59,478 bases of DNA from a virus (Duplodnaviria > Caudoviricetes): IMG/VR virus record IMGVR_UViG_3300037313_001722, positions 1 to 59,478 of that record. The stretch is one strand, 5' to 3'. The notes beneath the pieces were generated by a model. That model saw only the letters and a list, made by a program, of their open reading frames with translations, was not told the DNA's origin and did not search any database. A program made the position numbers and the translations under genes. Positions 9,568 to 19,158 of this stretch are shown here, piece by piece; position 1 is the first letter of the stretch, and the number at the start of each line of letters is the position of its first letter.

Positions 9568-10521
9568 TCAGCCCTGCTTGCTGATCCGGGCCCGCATCCT
9601 GGCCAGGGCGTCCGCGTCCGGGACCTGGGGCGCGGAGGCCGCCGTCGGCTGCTGCGGGATGGTGGTCTTCTTGGTCGACGCCGACGCCGGGGACAGCTCA
9701 CCGGTCTCGCGGCGGACGTCCACGGAGCAGAAGCCGTCCTCCTCCAGGAAGAAGCGCTTGTAGTAGTCGTCCGTGGTCTTGGAGTAGATCATGGTCGGCA
9801 GCTTGATGCCGAACGCCTGGACCGCGAGGTCGTAGTACTGCCAGTGCTCGGTGCCCGGGGCGATCTCCGGGGTCTTGTCGAGCGGGAAGACCTGGTAGAT
9901 GGTGCCGTTGCCGCTCGGGTTCTTGACGCGCTTGATGCGGTAGTCGCGGTCCTGGAGGGTCTCGTAGGACTCACCGCAGGCCTTGAGGGCGGACATCATC
10001 ATGTACATCGTCTGGGAGACGATGACGACGGACGGGACCTCGACCTTCTCCTCGGTCGGCTCGCCCTTCTCGTCCAGGATGGGGATCTCCACCATCTTGT
10101 CGCGGTAGGCGGTCTTGCCGGTCGACTCGTCCTTGTACTTCTCCCGCTCGATGGCGAGGGTGTAGCGCAGGTCCTCGGCGCGGACGACCTTGCCGAACTT
10201 GTTCTTGTAGCCCGAGACGCAGATCGGGCAGCCGTCGTAGAGCGCGGCGAACGCCGGGTCCTTGCGGCAGGTCGCGGGCATGAAGCCCGGCCACTTGCCC
10301 TCGTAGTCGCTGGGCTCGGCCTTGGTGGGGAAGAACCGGTGCGTCTGGGCGCGGTACCAGTCCTTGGAGTCCGAGAGGAACCGCAGGACGGCCTCCTCGC
10401 CCTCCTTCAGGTCCCAGTGCGGCTCCTTGCGGAACGTGCCGCCGGAACCCCGGTTCTCGTCCTCGTCGTCACCTCGGCGAAGAGCGGCCTCGGGGTCGAA
10501 CGTGTCGGGCGTAACGGTCAT
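9568..10521 (-). CDS. Single-stranded DNA-binding protein, T4 gp32-like
   Basis: LKEGEEAVLRFL, H...C...CPIC Zn site, RDYRIKR; adjacent to the polymerase. Confidence 0.7.
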   Translation of the reverse strand: MTVTPDTFDPEAALRRGDDEDENRGSGGTFRKEPHWDLKEGEEAVLRFLSDSKDWYRAQTHRFFPTKAEPSDYEGKWPGFMPATCRKDPAFAALYDGCPICVSGYKNKFGKVVRAEDLRYTLAIEREKYKDESTGKTAYRDKMVEIPILDEKGEPTEEKVEVPSVVIVSQTMYMMMSALKACGESYETLQDRDYRIKRVKNPSGNGTIYQVFPLDKTPEIAPGTEHWQYYDLAVQAFGIKLPTMIYSKTTDDYYKRFFLEEDGFCSVDVRRETGELSPASASTKKTTIPQQPTAASAPQVPDADALARMRARISKQG

Positions 10522-10557
10522 GTGCGGTCTCCTTCGAGACGGGAAGCTGACGGAAAC

Positions 10558-11424
10558 TCAGGGAAACTGGAGAAACTCGGCGAGCGCCTGCTCGGCGATC
10601 TCCGTGGTGGGTTCGACGTCCGTGAAGAAGAAGACCACCGGCTTGCCGTCCACGAGTTCAATCATGAACCACTGGTCTGACAATCGGACCATGGAGGTGA
10701 GGCCGATGGCGACTTCCGGAGAGGCCCCCACCCTGCTGGCCGCCTTGGACAAGTGCTCCTGCCACGCCTTGAGCCGACCGGTGTCTTGGATGAACTGCTC
10801 GGTCTTCCAGGCGTAGTACGAGTAGCGGAAGTTCTCCCGCCCACTCGCTGTTGCGGCCTTACGGGGTAGATCCTTCCGTATGGCCCTAACGCTGTCAACC
10901 CCTTCTTCGGAGTCGTCCAGGGACACGTATCCCCAGTCGTCCAGGACCTGTTCGGCCGAGACGGCCTGCCCCAGCGTGCTGCGCTTGGCGGCCTCCTGAT
11001 GGGCCCGGCGTTTGAGGTCGTCCTCGGTGTAGTCGTCCAGGAACGGCTCACCCTTGGGCGACTTGTCGTAGGCCTCGCGGGTCAGCGGGTCCAGGAGCTG
11101 CTTGAAGACGTACGTCAGCCGGGCCGAGGACTGGCCGTCCTTGGCCAGGTACGCCTCCCGCAACTCCTTGCGGGTGGCCCGCCAGTCCACCCCCAGCTCC
11201 CGGTAGTAGCCGTTCACGTCGTGACAGACGCGATCGACCGGCACCAGGGCCATGGAGGTGGACCAGCGGGCCGGGCCCCACCCCAGCCGAACGGGAGTCT
11301 CGTACCGCAGGCTGTCGTCCGGCTCCTGGGCCTTGCGCATGGCCTCGACCTCCTCCGGCGACGGGAGGGGCGACTCGTGCAGGGCGAGGATGCTGGTCAG
11401 GTCCAGGTCGGGGCGGAATCCCAT
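10558..11424 (-). CDS. J-domain (DnaJ-like) protein lacking HPD
   Basis: YYRELGVDWRATRKELREAY...LLDPLTREAYD. Confidence 0.7.
   Translation of the reverse strand: MGFRPDLDLTSILALHESPLPSPEEVEAMRKAQEPDDSLRYETPVRLGWGPARWSTSMALVPVDRVCHDVNGYYRELGVDWRATRKELREAYLAKDGQSSARLTYVFKQLLDPLTREAYDKSPKGEPFLDDYTEDDLKRRAHQEAAKRSTLGQAVSAEQVLDDWGYVSLDDSEEGVDSVRAIRKDLPRKAATASGRENFRYSYYAWKTEQFIQDTGRLKAWQEHLSKAASRVGASPEVAIGLTSMVRLSDQWFMIELVDGKPVVFFFTDVEPTTEIAEQALAEFLQFP
10870..10898 (-). promoter_or_regulatory. Candidate housekeeping-sigma promoter inside the J-domain gene, upstream of ssb-dnaE-recA
   Basis: TTGACA-17 bp-AAGGAT in a patch of rare codons (GTT, ATA, CTA, ACA). Confidence 0.45.
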
Positions 11425-11559
11425 TTACTCCTCCGGTTCGGTCTCGCCCTCGCGCTCGATCTCCTGGACGTCGTCCTCGGTGAGCGGTTGGGTGCTGGCG
11501 GTCCTCCGAATCGGCTGGCCGTCCTCGGTGAGGATCTGGCCGGTGCCGTACTTCTGCAT
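11425..11559 (-). CDS. Small acidic protein (44 aa)
   Basis: GGAGG RBS then MQKYGTGQILTEDG...; fills the gap between genes. Confidence 0.65.
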   Translation of the reverse strand: MQKYGTGQILTEDGQPIRRTASTQPLTEDDVQEIEREGETEPEE

Positions 11560-11567
11560 AGCGCCTC

Positions 11568-12731
11568 CTAGCGGCGACAGGGGCCGTCGTGGGCCCGGTT
11601 CCTGCAATGGAAGCAGTAGAGCGCCTTCGGGCGCCTCCAGAGGCTCCAGGAGACGGCTGAGGCCTTCAGGGCCAGCGCCTCCTCCGTGGGCAGCTCGTTG
11701 GGATCCTGCTGCCACGGGGAGTCCACCACGAGCACCTCGGTGTACGGCGCGAGGAGTTCGGCCATGCCGGGCTTGCGCTCCTGCCCCTGGGGCTTCTCCT
11801 TGGTCGGCCTCACCTCGGGCTTGCCCTCGATGGCCTTCCACCCAGCCGCGTCGTTGTCCATCCACAGGATCAGCCGGTCGTGCTTGACGAGCCGCTTGAT
11901 CTGGGTCTCGGTGACCTCGGCCCCGAACACGCCCTCGGTGTGGAAGGACTGAACGTGGGTCAGGCACGAGATCATGGCCTCCATCACCACGGCCTCCCGC
12001 TGGCGGGGGTCGTAGTTGAAGATCGTGGAGTCCTTCGGAAAGTCCGCGCTGGAGTGGTACTTCGGGGACCCCGGGGCACCGGAGTGGATGTCCAGGAACT
12101 CGTCGTCGCTCTTCTTCGGCCTCGGCTCCCACTCCACCGAACGCCACTCCGGCGGGAGCTTCCGGCTCTGCCAGCCGACCAGCTTGCCCTGCCAGAAGTG
12201 CGGGATCACCACCCGGTCGTTCCTCGGGTCCCAGCCCAGCCGGTACTGCTTGTAGACCTCCGGGTCGATCCCCCGCGCCTCGGTCAGGTATGGGTGGTCA
12301 TAGGCCCAGGCCTCCAGCAGGCGATCTGAGTACTGCGGGATCGGCGCCTTCTCCGGCTTGGCGTAGATGGCGTCCAGGAACCGCAGCATGGCGTCCAGTT
12401 CGAGGACGTTGCCGCCCAGGCCCGCCGTCTGCTCCAGCCACTGCCGGGCGACCACGGAGGTGGTGCCACGGCAGGTGGCGATGAACCAGAGCAGACCGCC
12501 GGAGGACTGGCACCCGAGGCAGTTGTAGGTGAGCTTCTGGTAGTTCAGGCTCGCCGTCGGGTTGCGGTCCTGGTCCCGGTGCAGCTCGGGCGCCACCAGG
12601 CACCCGTGGATCATCTCGCCGGACTTGTCGTTGATCCGGCGGACGTTCGCCCCGAACTCGGCCAGCAGCTCTTCGCACATGGCCCGCTTCTGGATGTCCG
12701 GAAGGAGGGCCGCCTCGAAGTAGGTGCTCAT
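11568..12731 (-). CDS. DNA primase (Zn-binding + TOPRIM)
   Basis: C...H.D..P...YNCLGC Zn domain, RVVIP, SPKY, VVMEA, MDNDAAG. Confidence 0.88.
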   Translation of the reverse strand: MSTYFEAALLPDIQKRAMCEELLAEFGANVRRINDKSGEMIHGCLVAPELHRDQDRNPTASLNYQKLTYNCLGCQSSGGLLWFIATCRGTTSVVARQWLEQTAGLGGNVLELDAMLRFLDAIYAKPEKAPIPQYSDRLLEAWAYDHPYLTEARGIDPEVYKQYRLGWDPRNDRVVIPHFWQGKLVGWQSRKLPPEWRSVEWEPRPKKSDDEFLDIHSGAPGSPKYHSSADFPKDSTIFNYDPRQREAVVMEAMISCLTHVQSFHTEGVFGAEVTETQIKRLVKHDRLILWMDNDAAGWKAIEGKPEVRPTKEKPQGQERKPGMAELLAPYTEVLVVDSPWQQDPNELPTEEALALKASAVSWSLWRRPKALYCFHCRNRAHDGPCRR

Positions 12732-13126
12732 GCATCCGCCGTGCGCATGGGGAAGCCGTACCCGCACCCCTGGCACCGGCAGCACAGATGCTCACCGATC
12801 GTGCCGCCCAGCAGGTTCTTCTGGACCCACTCCTGGCACGGCCGGGGGTCACCGTCCGTCGTCAGGATGATCATCTCGTGGTACGAGACCTGGATGCCGG
12901 GCATGTTGCACTTCGGGCACCGGCGGCCCTCACCCTCCATGAAGGCCAACAGGCCCATGGACTCCAGGGTCAACGGGGCCTCGTCCGGCTTGGGCGGGCA
13001 CCCGCAGCCCTCCCCCTCCGTGTGCCCGCAGCCCTCGCAGCGTGGCTCGCCCTCGGCGCAGGTGCAACAGACAGAGCACTCTCCGCAGACCGGGCACACG
13101 CCCTCGTGATCACACTTCTGGGTCAT
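12728..13126 (-). CDS. Cys-rich hypothetical protein
   Basis: Many CxxC motifs; ATGA coupling at both ends. Confidence 0.65.
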   Translation of the reverse strand: MTQKCDHEGVCPVCGECSVCCTCAEGEPRCEGCGHTEGEGCGCPPKPDEAPLTLESMGLLAFMEGEGRRCPKCNMPGIQVSYHEMIILTTDGDPRPCQEWVQKNLLGGTIGEHLCCRCQGCGYGFPMRTADA

Positions 13127-14436
13127 CCTCGCGGCTCCGTAATCTCCTCCAGGGCGTCGACCTGGTTCAACCACGGCCGCCAGACGCCGATCCGATAATT
13201 CATGTGCGTGGAGCCTCGCCGGGTCGCCAGGGTCTGCCACTTGATCATCTGCGCGGCCCGCTCGTCCGGGGAGGCGTAGAGACCGAACACCCAGTCCGAC
13301 GTCCGCTCGACCTCAGAACCCTCGGCCAGCATGTACATCTCCAGCCAGCCGTTCTTCTTGGCCTCCCGCAGGCCTTCACGGTTGATCTGGTGGAGCAGGA
13401 GGCAGGGGATGGACAACCGGCCGCCGATGGCGTCCTTCAGGTCGTGCATGACGTCCTTGATCAGCTCAGGACCCCGGAACCGCCGGTCGGACGGCTCCAT
13501 GAAGGTGAGCTGGTCGATCAGCAGGGACTCGGTGCCGATGGCACGGGCATGCCGGGTAATCCACTGCACCGTCCGCTGGCCACGCTGAGGCTGGACGACG
13601 TGGACGTACTCCCGCAGATCGTCGCCGTACTCGGCCAGGAAGACCTGGACGCGGGCCACCTCGTCGTCGGTGCACTCGCCCCGGCGGTACCGGTCATGGT
13701 CGATGTGCAGCTCAATGCACACCAGCCGGTCGTACGTCATGTCGACGCTGTTCTCCAGCGTGTAGTACGTAACGTGGCGTCGCTTCTTCCACTCCTTGAG
13801 GACCACGTAGGCCGCCGTCACGGACTTGCCGGTCTTGGGACCGGCCGCCAGGACGCACAGCTCGCCCTCGTGGATGCCGTAGGTGTAGGCGTCGATCTCC
13901 GGGATGCCGAAGGCCAGACCCCGGTGCTGCTGGGCCGTCTCGGAGCGCTTCTGGTAGCCCGCGAAGGACCGCTGGAAGCCCTCGATGCCCTCCACGTGCT
14001 GGGTCTTGTCCGCGAGGCTCAGCACGAGCGCGTTCAGCTCGGCCACCTGCATCGTCAGGACGTTCAGCCGGTCGGCCGTGGAGGACTTGGCCAGCTCGGA
14101 CGCGGACTCCTTCTGCCAGGTCTGGAACTTCCAGTCGGCGTACCGGGCCTTCAGGCTGTCGATGGCCCAGGAGACGTCGTCCAGCTCCAGGTCCTCCTCC
14201 TGGAGTTCGATCTCCTGGTCCTCCAGGAGCTGCCCCCAGGTCTCGATCAGGGCCTCGCGGCTCGGCGCCTTGGTCTGGCCGTTCTTCTCGAAGTACTCGA
14301 TGGCCCACGCCACGACGTCCCGCATGGACGGATTGGGGACGCACTCCAGCGGCAGGCCGATGCGGACGAGCTGCTCCAGGGCGTCCACGTCGGTCAGAGA
14401 GCCGTAGAGGACGTCCTCGGACCGCGAGGTACTCAC
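13123..14436 (-). CDS. dnaB: DnaB-like replicative helicase
   Basis: GIHEGEL, AGPKTGKS, TLEN, IDQLTFM, LHQINR, SEVERTSD. Confidence 0.9.
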   Translation of the reverse strand: MSTSRSEDVLYGSLTDVDALEQLVRIGLPLECVPNPSMRDVVAWAIEYFEKNGQTKAPSREALIETWGQLLEDQEIELQEEDLELDDVSWAIDSLKARYADWKFQTWQKESASELAKSSTADRLNVLTMQVAELNALVLSLADKTQHVEGIEGFQRSFAGYQKRSETAQQHRGLAFGIPEIDAYTYGIHEGELCVLAAGPKTGKSVTAAYVVLKEWKKRRHVTYYTLENSVDMTYDRLVCIELHIDHDRYRRGECTDDEVARVQVFLAEYGDDLREYVHVVQPQRGQRTVQWITRHARAIGTESLLIDQLTFMEPSDRRFRGPELIKDVMHDLKDAIGGRLSIPCLLLHQINREGLREAKKNGWLEMYMLAEGSEVERTSDWVFGLYASPDERAAQMIKWQTLATRRGSTHMNYRIGVWRPWLNQVDALEEITEPRG

Positions 14437-15275
14437 GCGATCACCAGCGGACGCGTCACGCCCTGGAGAAGCTCTTCCTGGGTCCGCACCTGGGCCTGGG
14501 GCCGCCAGTCGACGCCGGAGGTCTCCACGAAGATGCAGGTCTCGGTCAGCAGGGACGCCACGTACTTGCCGTAGCCCTTCTCGATCTGCTCCCGGGTGAA
14601 GTTGCCCGTGATGAAGGTCGGAAGGCTCGCGGCCGTCCGGTGGCGGAAGACCCGGTCCAGCAACCGGTCGATGAAGTCGATGTGGTTCTGGCCGGTCTCC
14701 TTGCCGAGGTCATCGACCTTGAGGATCTGGCAGTTCATGATCCGCTGCTCGAAGTAGTCCTTGTCGGCCTTGTCCCGCCACCCGGAGGTGTACAGCTCCA
14801 CGATGGAGTTCATCTGGGCCACGAAGACGTCGAAACCCCGGGCCAGCAGATTCTTGGCCGAGAGCATGAGCATGAGGGTCTTGCCGGTACCGGCGTCCGG
14901 CGAGTGCAGGATCAGGTTGACCCCGCGCTCCACAAACCGGTCCGCGTTGTCCAGGTACTGGAAGACCTCCATCTGGGTCTTCTCGGGGACGGACACGGCG
15001 TCGGCCAGGGCCAGGCGCTGGTAGGCCTTGCCGATGCCGTGCTGGAGCATGTAGCGGTGCATGATCCACTGGGAGATGCAGTTGCACTCCCATGTAACGA
15101 TCTCGGTCCGGTCTTCGCTCCACCACCGGAAGGTCTTCTCTCCGGTGATGTGGAACTGGCAGGTGATGCAGGTCTTGTTCGGGTCGGCCCAGAGGGACGG
15201 GTACTGCTGACGGAGCCGATCGGAATCCGGCTCCTCCAACATCCATCCCCGGGGAGCCGGGGGAAGTGCGGGCAT
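14433..15275 (-). CDS. DnaC/IstB-like AAA+ helicase loader
   Basis: N-terminal CxxC...CxC, AGTGKT, VDDLGKE, R...LPTFITGN. Confidence 0.88.
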   Translation of the reverse strand: MPALPPAPRGWMLEEPDSDRLRQQYPSLWADPNKTCITCQFHITGEKTFRWWSEDRTEIVTWECNCISQWIMHRYMLQHGIGKAYQRLALADAVSVPEKTQMEVFQYLDNADRFVERGVNLILHSPDAGTGKTLMLMLSAKNLLARGFDVFVAQMNSIVELYTSGWRDKADKDYFEQRIMNCQILKVDDLGKETGQNHIDFIDRLLDRVFRHRTAASLPTFITGNFTREQIEKGYGKYVASLLTETCIFVETSGVDWRPQAQVRTQEELLQGVTRPLVIA

Positions 15276-15326
15276 GTCGTGCTCCTTCAGGATCTCTTTA
15301 GGTCCGTGGCGGGTCGGACCGGCGTA

Positions 15327-15743
15327 CTAAAGACGCTCCGAGATGATGTTCGCGAAGTAGGGGTCGGAACCGGCACAGAACCGGTTCACCGAGATCGGGG
15401 CGCGCTGCCACATGCCGCGCTGCATCTCGAAGGCGAAGCGGGCGATGGCGACGGCGTTGCCCCCGTGGCGCTTCAGGAAGCCCTTGAAGATGGAGGCCTC
15501 CTTGGTCGGGTTGCGGAGCTGGGGCCCGTGGAAGGCCTCGATCTGGCCCATGACGTAGTCCCTGAGGTCCTCCCACGTCCACTGGGAATCGTCCTTCAGG
15601 AGGTACGCGGCTCCGGTGACGGGGGTCACATGGACCCGCTCCTGGATGACCGGCACCCTCTCCGCCGCCTTGGCGGTCTCGGCGACCTTGGTCATGCTCT
15701 GGAGCTTCCGGAGGGCGTCCAGTCGCGACTGGTAGTCGGTCAC
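15327..15743 (-). CDS. Hypothetical protein (possible loader partner)
   Basis: GTG start overlapping upstream stop; protein-like from VTDYQSRL. Confidence 0.7.
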   Translation of the reverse strand: MTDYQSRLDALRKLQSMTKVAETAKAAERVPVIQERVHVTPVTGAAYLLKDDSQWTWEDLRDYVMGQIEAFHGPQLRNPTKEASIFKGFLKRHGGNAVAIARFAFEMQRGMWQRAPISVNRFCAGSDPYFANIISERL

Positions 15744-16123
15744 TTCGTCTCCTGCGGGGTAGTAGCGGTGTAGCCGAGGTGCGCCTGCTTGCAGTGCTCC
15801 CAGAAGCGCTCGCCAATCTTCCCGACCTTCGTTCGGAAACGCTCGGGCTGATCCGAGAGACGAGTGCTCGAAGAGATCATCACAAATGGGCAGGACTTGT
15901 GAACAAGGATCACCGGAGGATCCTCGTCCTGAATGTGTGACTCGGAAACGATCATCCAGTGGTAGTCGTCCATGCCGACGAGGAATCCGGCCATCGACCG
16001 GTCCGTCTCGTTCATCTTGGACGAGATCTCCTGGACGAAGATGATCAAGCGGCCGTCCACTGCCGCTCTGGCCATCTGCCGGTCGGACATTGCCGACCCG
16101 GACTTGCGACGCGTGTTGTCCAA
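15740..16123 (-). CDS. Hypothetical protein
   Basis: First gene of a coupled operon; GFLVGMDDYHW. Confidence 0.7.
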   Translation of the reverse strand: MDNTRRKSGSAMSDRQMARAAVDGRLIIFVQEISSKMNETDRSMAGFLVGMDDYHWMIVSESHIQDEDPPVILVHKSCPFVMISSSTRLSDQPERFRTKVGKIGERFWEHCKQAHLGYTATTPQETK

Positions 16124-16140
16124 AGTCCATCCCCCTTTTT

Positions 16141-16181
16141 AAAAAGCCCGCCCCGCCGAAGGTCGGCTAAGGCGGGGCGGG
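16141..16181 (-). terminator. Intrinsic terminator/attenuator
   Basis: 11-bp stem CCCGCCCCGCC/GGCGGGGCGGG followed by TTTTT on the minus strand. Confidence 0.75.
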
Positions 16182-16307
16182 TAGAACAGGTGGTCTGCTC
16201 GCCCTTTACCTGACGGACCAAGGGGGAGGGTTCAAGACTCTCGGGATCGTATCAAGTGGTACTTCCCCGAGATGCTGATTCGGCCTCAGGATCCCCTGCG
16301 GACCTCT

Positions 16308-17177
16308 TCAGTTGTCCGTCGAACCATCGACCCACAGGGTCCCGGAAAGCGTACGGGCGATCAACCCTTTCAACTGGTACTGCTCCAGGAACGAGAGCAA
16401 ACCGTCGTACAGGGCGCTGTCCCGGGTGGTCGGCCGGAACCTCGGGGGCTCCGGCAACTCCAGGCCCGGCAAGGGCAGTCGGAGGTTGACCAGGACGTAG
16501 TTCAGCTTGACCTGAGGGGCCATCTGACGGACGTCCGGGTGCTCGATGGACTCCAGGGCCCACCCGGCCTCCGACAGGAGCTGTACGGCCTTCTTGGGGC
16601 CGATCCCGGGCACACCCGGAACGTTGTCCGAGTCGTCACCCGTAAGGGCCATGACGTGCGGCAGGCACTGCGGCGTGACGCCCATCGTCTTCGCCACCTC
16701 CTCCGCACCCCACCGCTCCCCCGTGGACCGCAGCACCGAGCACGGATACACCCTGGGGTTGTAGCCGACGAGCTGAAGGAAGTCCTTGTCCTCGGAGACC
16801 AGCACGACGTCCTCCTCGGCGTCGTGCCAGTACTTCGCAATCAGGTCATCGGCCTCGACCCCGGGGCGTTCCACGTGAAACACCCCAGCAAGGGACAAGA
16901 ACTGCTTGATGAGACCCCGCTCGTGCTTGGCCCGCTCTGATGTTCCAGCGGTCCGGTTCGCCTTGTAGGACGGCAGGAGGCGCGACCGGTAGGCCGACTT
17001 CCCGCCGTCCCAACAGACGGCCACCCGGTCCGGCTTCTCTTCACGAATGTGCCGGAGCAGTGTGTTCGTGAAGACCACCAGGGACGCGGTGGACTCGTCG
17101 CCCGCCGTCATGGCCTCGTGCCGGGTCGCGTGCCAGGCGCGCATGAAGAGGTTGTTGCCGTCGACTAGCAGCAGCAC
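16308..17177 (-). CDS. 5'-3' exonuclease / flap endonuclease (PolI N-terminal family)
   Basis: LVDGNN, CWDG, YKANR, EADD, SEDKD, GDDSDNVPGVPGIGPK. Confidence 0.95.
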   Translation of the reverse strand: MLLLVDGNNLFMRAWHATRHEAMTAGDESTASLVVFTNTLLRHIREEKPDRVAVCWDGGKSAYRSRLLPSYKANRTAGTSERAKHERGLIKQFLSLAGVFHVERPGVEADDLIAKYWHDAEEDVVLVSEDKDFLQLVGYNPRVYPCSVLRSTGERWGAEEVAKTMGVTPQCLPHVMALTGDDSDNVPGVPGIGPKKAVQLLSEAGWALESIEHPDVRQMAPQVKLNYVLVNLRLPLPGLELPEPPRFRPTTRDSALYDGLLSFLEQYQLKGLIARTLSGTLWVDGSTDN

Positions 17178-17185
17178 GAGACCTC

Positions 17186-17407
17186 CTAGCGCTTCCGGCC
17201 GCTCAGAGCGAACCTCAGCAGCACTCCAACGAGACCGATGCCGACGACCACCGGGGCCGCTACGACCATGCAGCCGCTGCCGTCGTCATCGTCCTCGCCG
17301 CCCTGGCCCCCGTCACCCTCGCCGCCGCCCTTGTAGGCGCCGCCGGAGACGTACGGGTCGACCTTGCGTACCGGGCTGGACGGGTCCTCGTCTTTCTTCT
17401 TCGCCAT
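17186..17407 (-). CDS. Small membrane-anchored protein
   Basis: Gly/Asp linker plus C-terminal hydrophobic helix. Confidence 0.6.
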   Translation of the reverse strand: MAKKKDEDPSSPVRKVDPYVSGGAYKGGGEGDGGQGGEDDDDGSGCMVVAAPVVVGIGLVGVLLRFALSGRKR

Positions 17408-17428
17408 GGGGTCCCCCCTCGTCCCGGA

Positions 17429-17908
17429 TCAGACCGGGACATCCTTGATCACTCGGTGCAGCCGGGCCTGGAGCAGAACGAGCTGGAGAATGATCGAGAG
17501 CTGTTCGCCGTCGATGGCGTTGTTCTGGACCAGGGCGTGCGCCATGCGCTCGATGTCCGCGAGCGTGTAGTAGCGGTTGCCCTTCTCCGTGCGCTTGGGC
17601 TCCAGGATGGTCTCCCCCAGGACGAAGTAGCCCTTGGGGTAGTTGTTGGCCGGACGGTAGCGCCACCTCAGCCAGTCCGGACCCCGCCCGAAGAAGACCT
17701 TGGCGGTCTCCTGGACGGTGTAGTTCGGCAACGGCAGGCCGTCCTCGGTCCGGGTGAACATCGAGTCCCACAGGAAGAACACTCGGCCGCTCTCCGGATC
17801 CTCCTGGGGCACCAGGCCGAACCTCTCGGCCAGATCCGAGAAGGGGATGGCCACCAGGCCCTCCGCCTCCCTCTCGTCCCCCTGGGTCTCCTCGTTCGAG
17901 TCCGACAT
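17429..17908 (-). CDS. MerR-like HTH DNA-binding protein
   Basis: YTVQETAKVFFGRGPDWLRW...PKRTEKGNRYYTLADI; AGGAGG RBS. Confidence 0.75.
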   Translation of the reverse strand: MSDSNEETQGDEREAEGLVAIPFSDLAERFGLVPQEDPESGRVFFLWDSMFTRTEDGLPLPNYTVQETAKVFFGRGPDWLRWRYRPANNYPKGYFVLGETILEPKRTEKGNRYYTLADIERMAHALVQNNAIDGEQLSIILQLVLLQARLHRVIKDVPV

Positions 17909-17965
17909 GAGTCCTCCTATGCAGGGGCCGGGGGCTTCGAGACCCCCGGCCGGTATCTCGTTCAA

Positions 17966-18715
17966 CTACTTCCGCTTGATCGCGCGGAGGTACATGGAGG
18001 CGCTGTCGCGACCCCGCTTGTAGATCTTGGCAAGCGGCCAGGTCTCACCGGTCTTCAGCACGTACGCCTTGACCTTCTCCACCGTCGGCACCCGGCGGAC
18101 CTCGGTCATCTGCTTCCAGACGGCCTCGGAGATCTCGCCCTTGTCGTAGGCCTCCACGATGGCCGAGAGACTCTCGGTGACCTTGCCGGAGACGAACTGG
18201 TTGGCGAACCGCAGCGTGGTACCGGGGATCGGGGTGTCCCGCGACTCGCCCTTGACGGCCAGCAGGTAGTGCCCGTGGGCGTCGCGAGGCGTCGCGTGGG
18301 CCACCAGGTTGCCGTTGTGGTAGACGTCCTTCGGGAAGGCTATCCCGGCCTCCTCGGCCTCCACGTCCTGGTGGATGCGGGCGTACTCCTTGAGCGCGCC
18401 CTCCCGCAGATCCAGGAGCTTCTTGACCTTCTGGATGGCCTCCAGCTCAGGACCGGCCAGGGCCAACTCCTCCTCGGTCATGGTCCGGCGGTCCTCGATC
18501 GTGACCTTGTTGAAGAGCTGGGAGAGGGTCTTGAGGGCGTCGCGGACCTCCTTGGTCGCCTCCAGCGGCTCCGGGACCGGCGGGAAGCTCTCGGCCGCCT
18601 CGGCCAGCGGGATGACCGCCAGGGTCTCCGCGACCTCCTTGAGGGGCTTCTCCTTGAGGACGAGCTTCTGGGATCGCGAGATCGGGACAAGCTCCGTGGT
18701 CGTATCAGTGGTCAT
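17966..18715 (-). CDS. Hypothetical phage protein
   Basis: Strong codon bias; GGAGG RBS before ATG 18715. Confidence 0.8.
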   Translation of the reverse strand: MTTDTTTELVPISRSQKLVLKEKPLKEVAETLAVIPLAEAAESFPPVPEPLEATKEVRDALKTLSQLFNKVTIEDRRTMTEEELALAGPELEAIQKVKKLLDLREGALKEYARIHQDVEAEEAGIAFPKDVYHNGNLVAHATPRDAHGHYLLAVKGESRDTPIPGTTLRFANQFVSGKVTESLSAIVEAYDKGEISEAVWKQMTEVRRVPTVEKVKAYVLKTGETWPLAKIYKRGRDSASMYLRAIKRK

Positions 18716-18740
18716 ACGTACCTCCATGCGTTACCGGTGT

Positions 18741-18778
18741 TCTCTGGCGTTGATCACATGCTACAGGAATCCTTGTAG
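18741..18778 (-). promoter_or_regulatory. Early promoter/operator, copy 1
   Basis: CTACAAGGATTCCTGTAGCAT...ACGCCAGAGA; -10-like TAGCAT overlapped by a CTACA/TGTAG inverted repeat; paralogous to 21229-21270. Confidence 0.55.
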
Positions 18779-18804
18779 TACCGCTACCCCTGAGGGCAAA
18801 CGGA

Positions 18805-18838
18805 AGGCCCCTCCCCCATCGGCACAGGGGAGGGGCCT
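18805..18838 (-). terminator. Hairpin/terminator
   Basis: 12-bp stem AGGCCCCTCCCC/GGGGAGGGGCCT. Confidence 0.6.
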
Positions 18839-18945
18839 CTCAGGGCTCCTCCAAGCCCCCGGCGAGGAGGAACCGTGGAACCCTCCAAGGAGGGATCCCG
18901 GGCCCCTGTCGCCGGTGCCAGCCGACTGAAGGGGCCCGCTCCGGC

Positions 18946-19158
18946 CTACCGGCCGAAGCTCGGTCTCACGTTGGCCCAGGCCTCCGCGAGAGTCCATGTA
19001 CCCCGCTCAGCGGCCCTCTGGTCGCACGCGGGAGAGTGCTCGTGGATCTCGTAGTGGTGCTTGCCCGAGTGGGCGCACTCACCGCAACAGTGGGCGGCGC
19101 CACCCCCGACCTTCCGGAGACAGTCGGGAGTGGCGCACTTCCAGTAGCGCTCGATCAT
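18946..19158 (-). CDS. Small Cys/His Zn-finger protein (70 aa)
   Basis: MIERYWKCATPDC...HCCGEC...HSPAC; ATGA overlap with the helicase stop. Confidence 0.65.
   Translation of the reverse strand: MIERYWKCATPDCLRKVGGGAAHCCGECAHSGKHHYEIHEHSPACDQRAAERGTWTLAEAWANVRPSFGR

Noticed and set aside
4558-14436. Inteins or introns in recA, dnaE, dnaB
   Set aside because: Lengths are near normal and no splicing motifs or frame interruptions were seen
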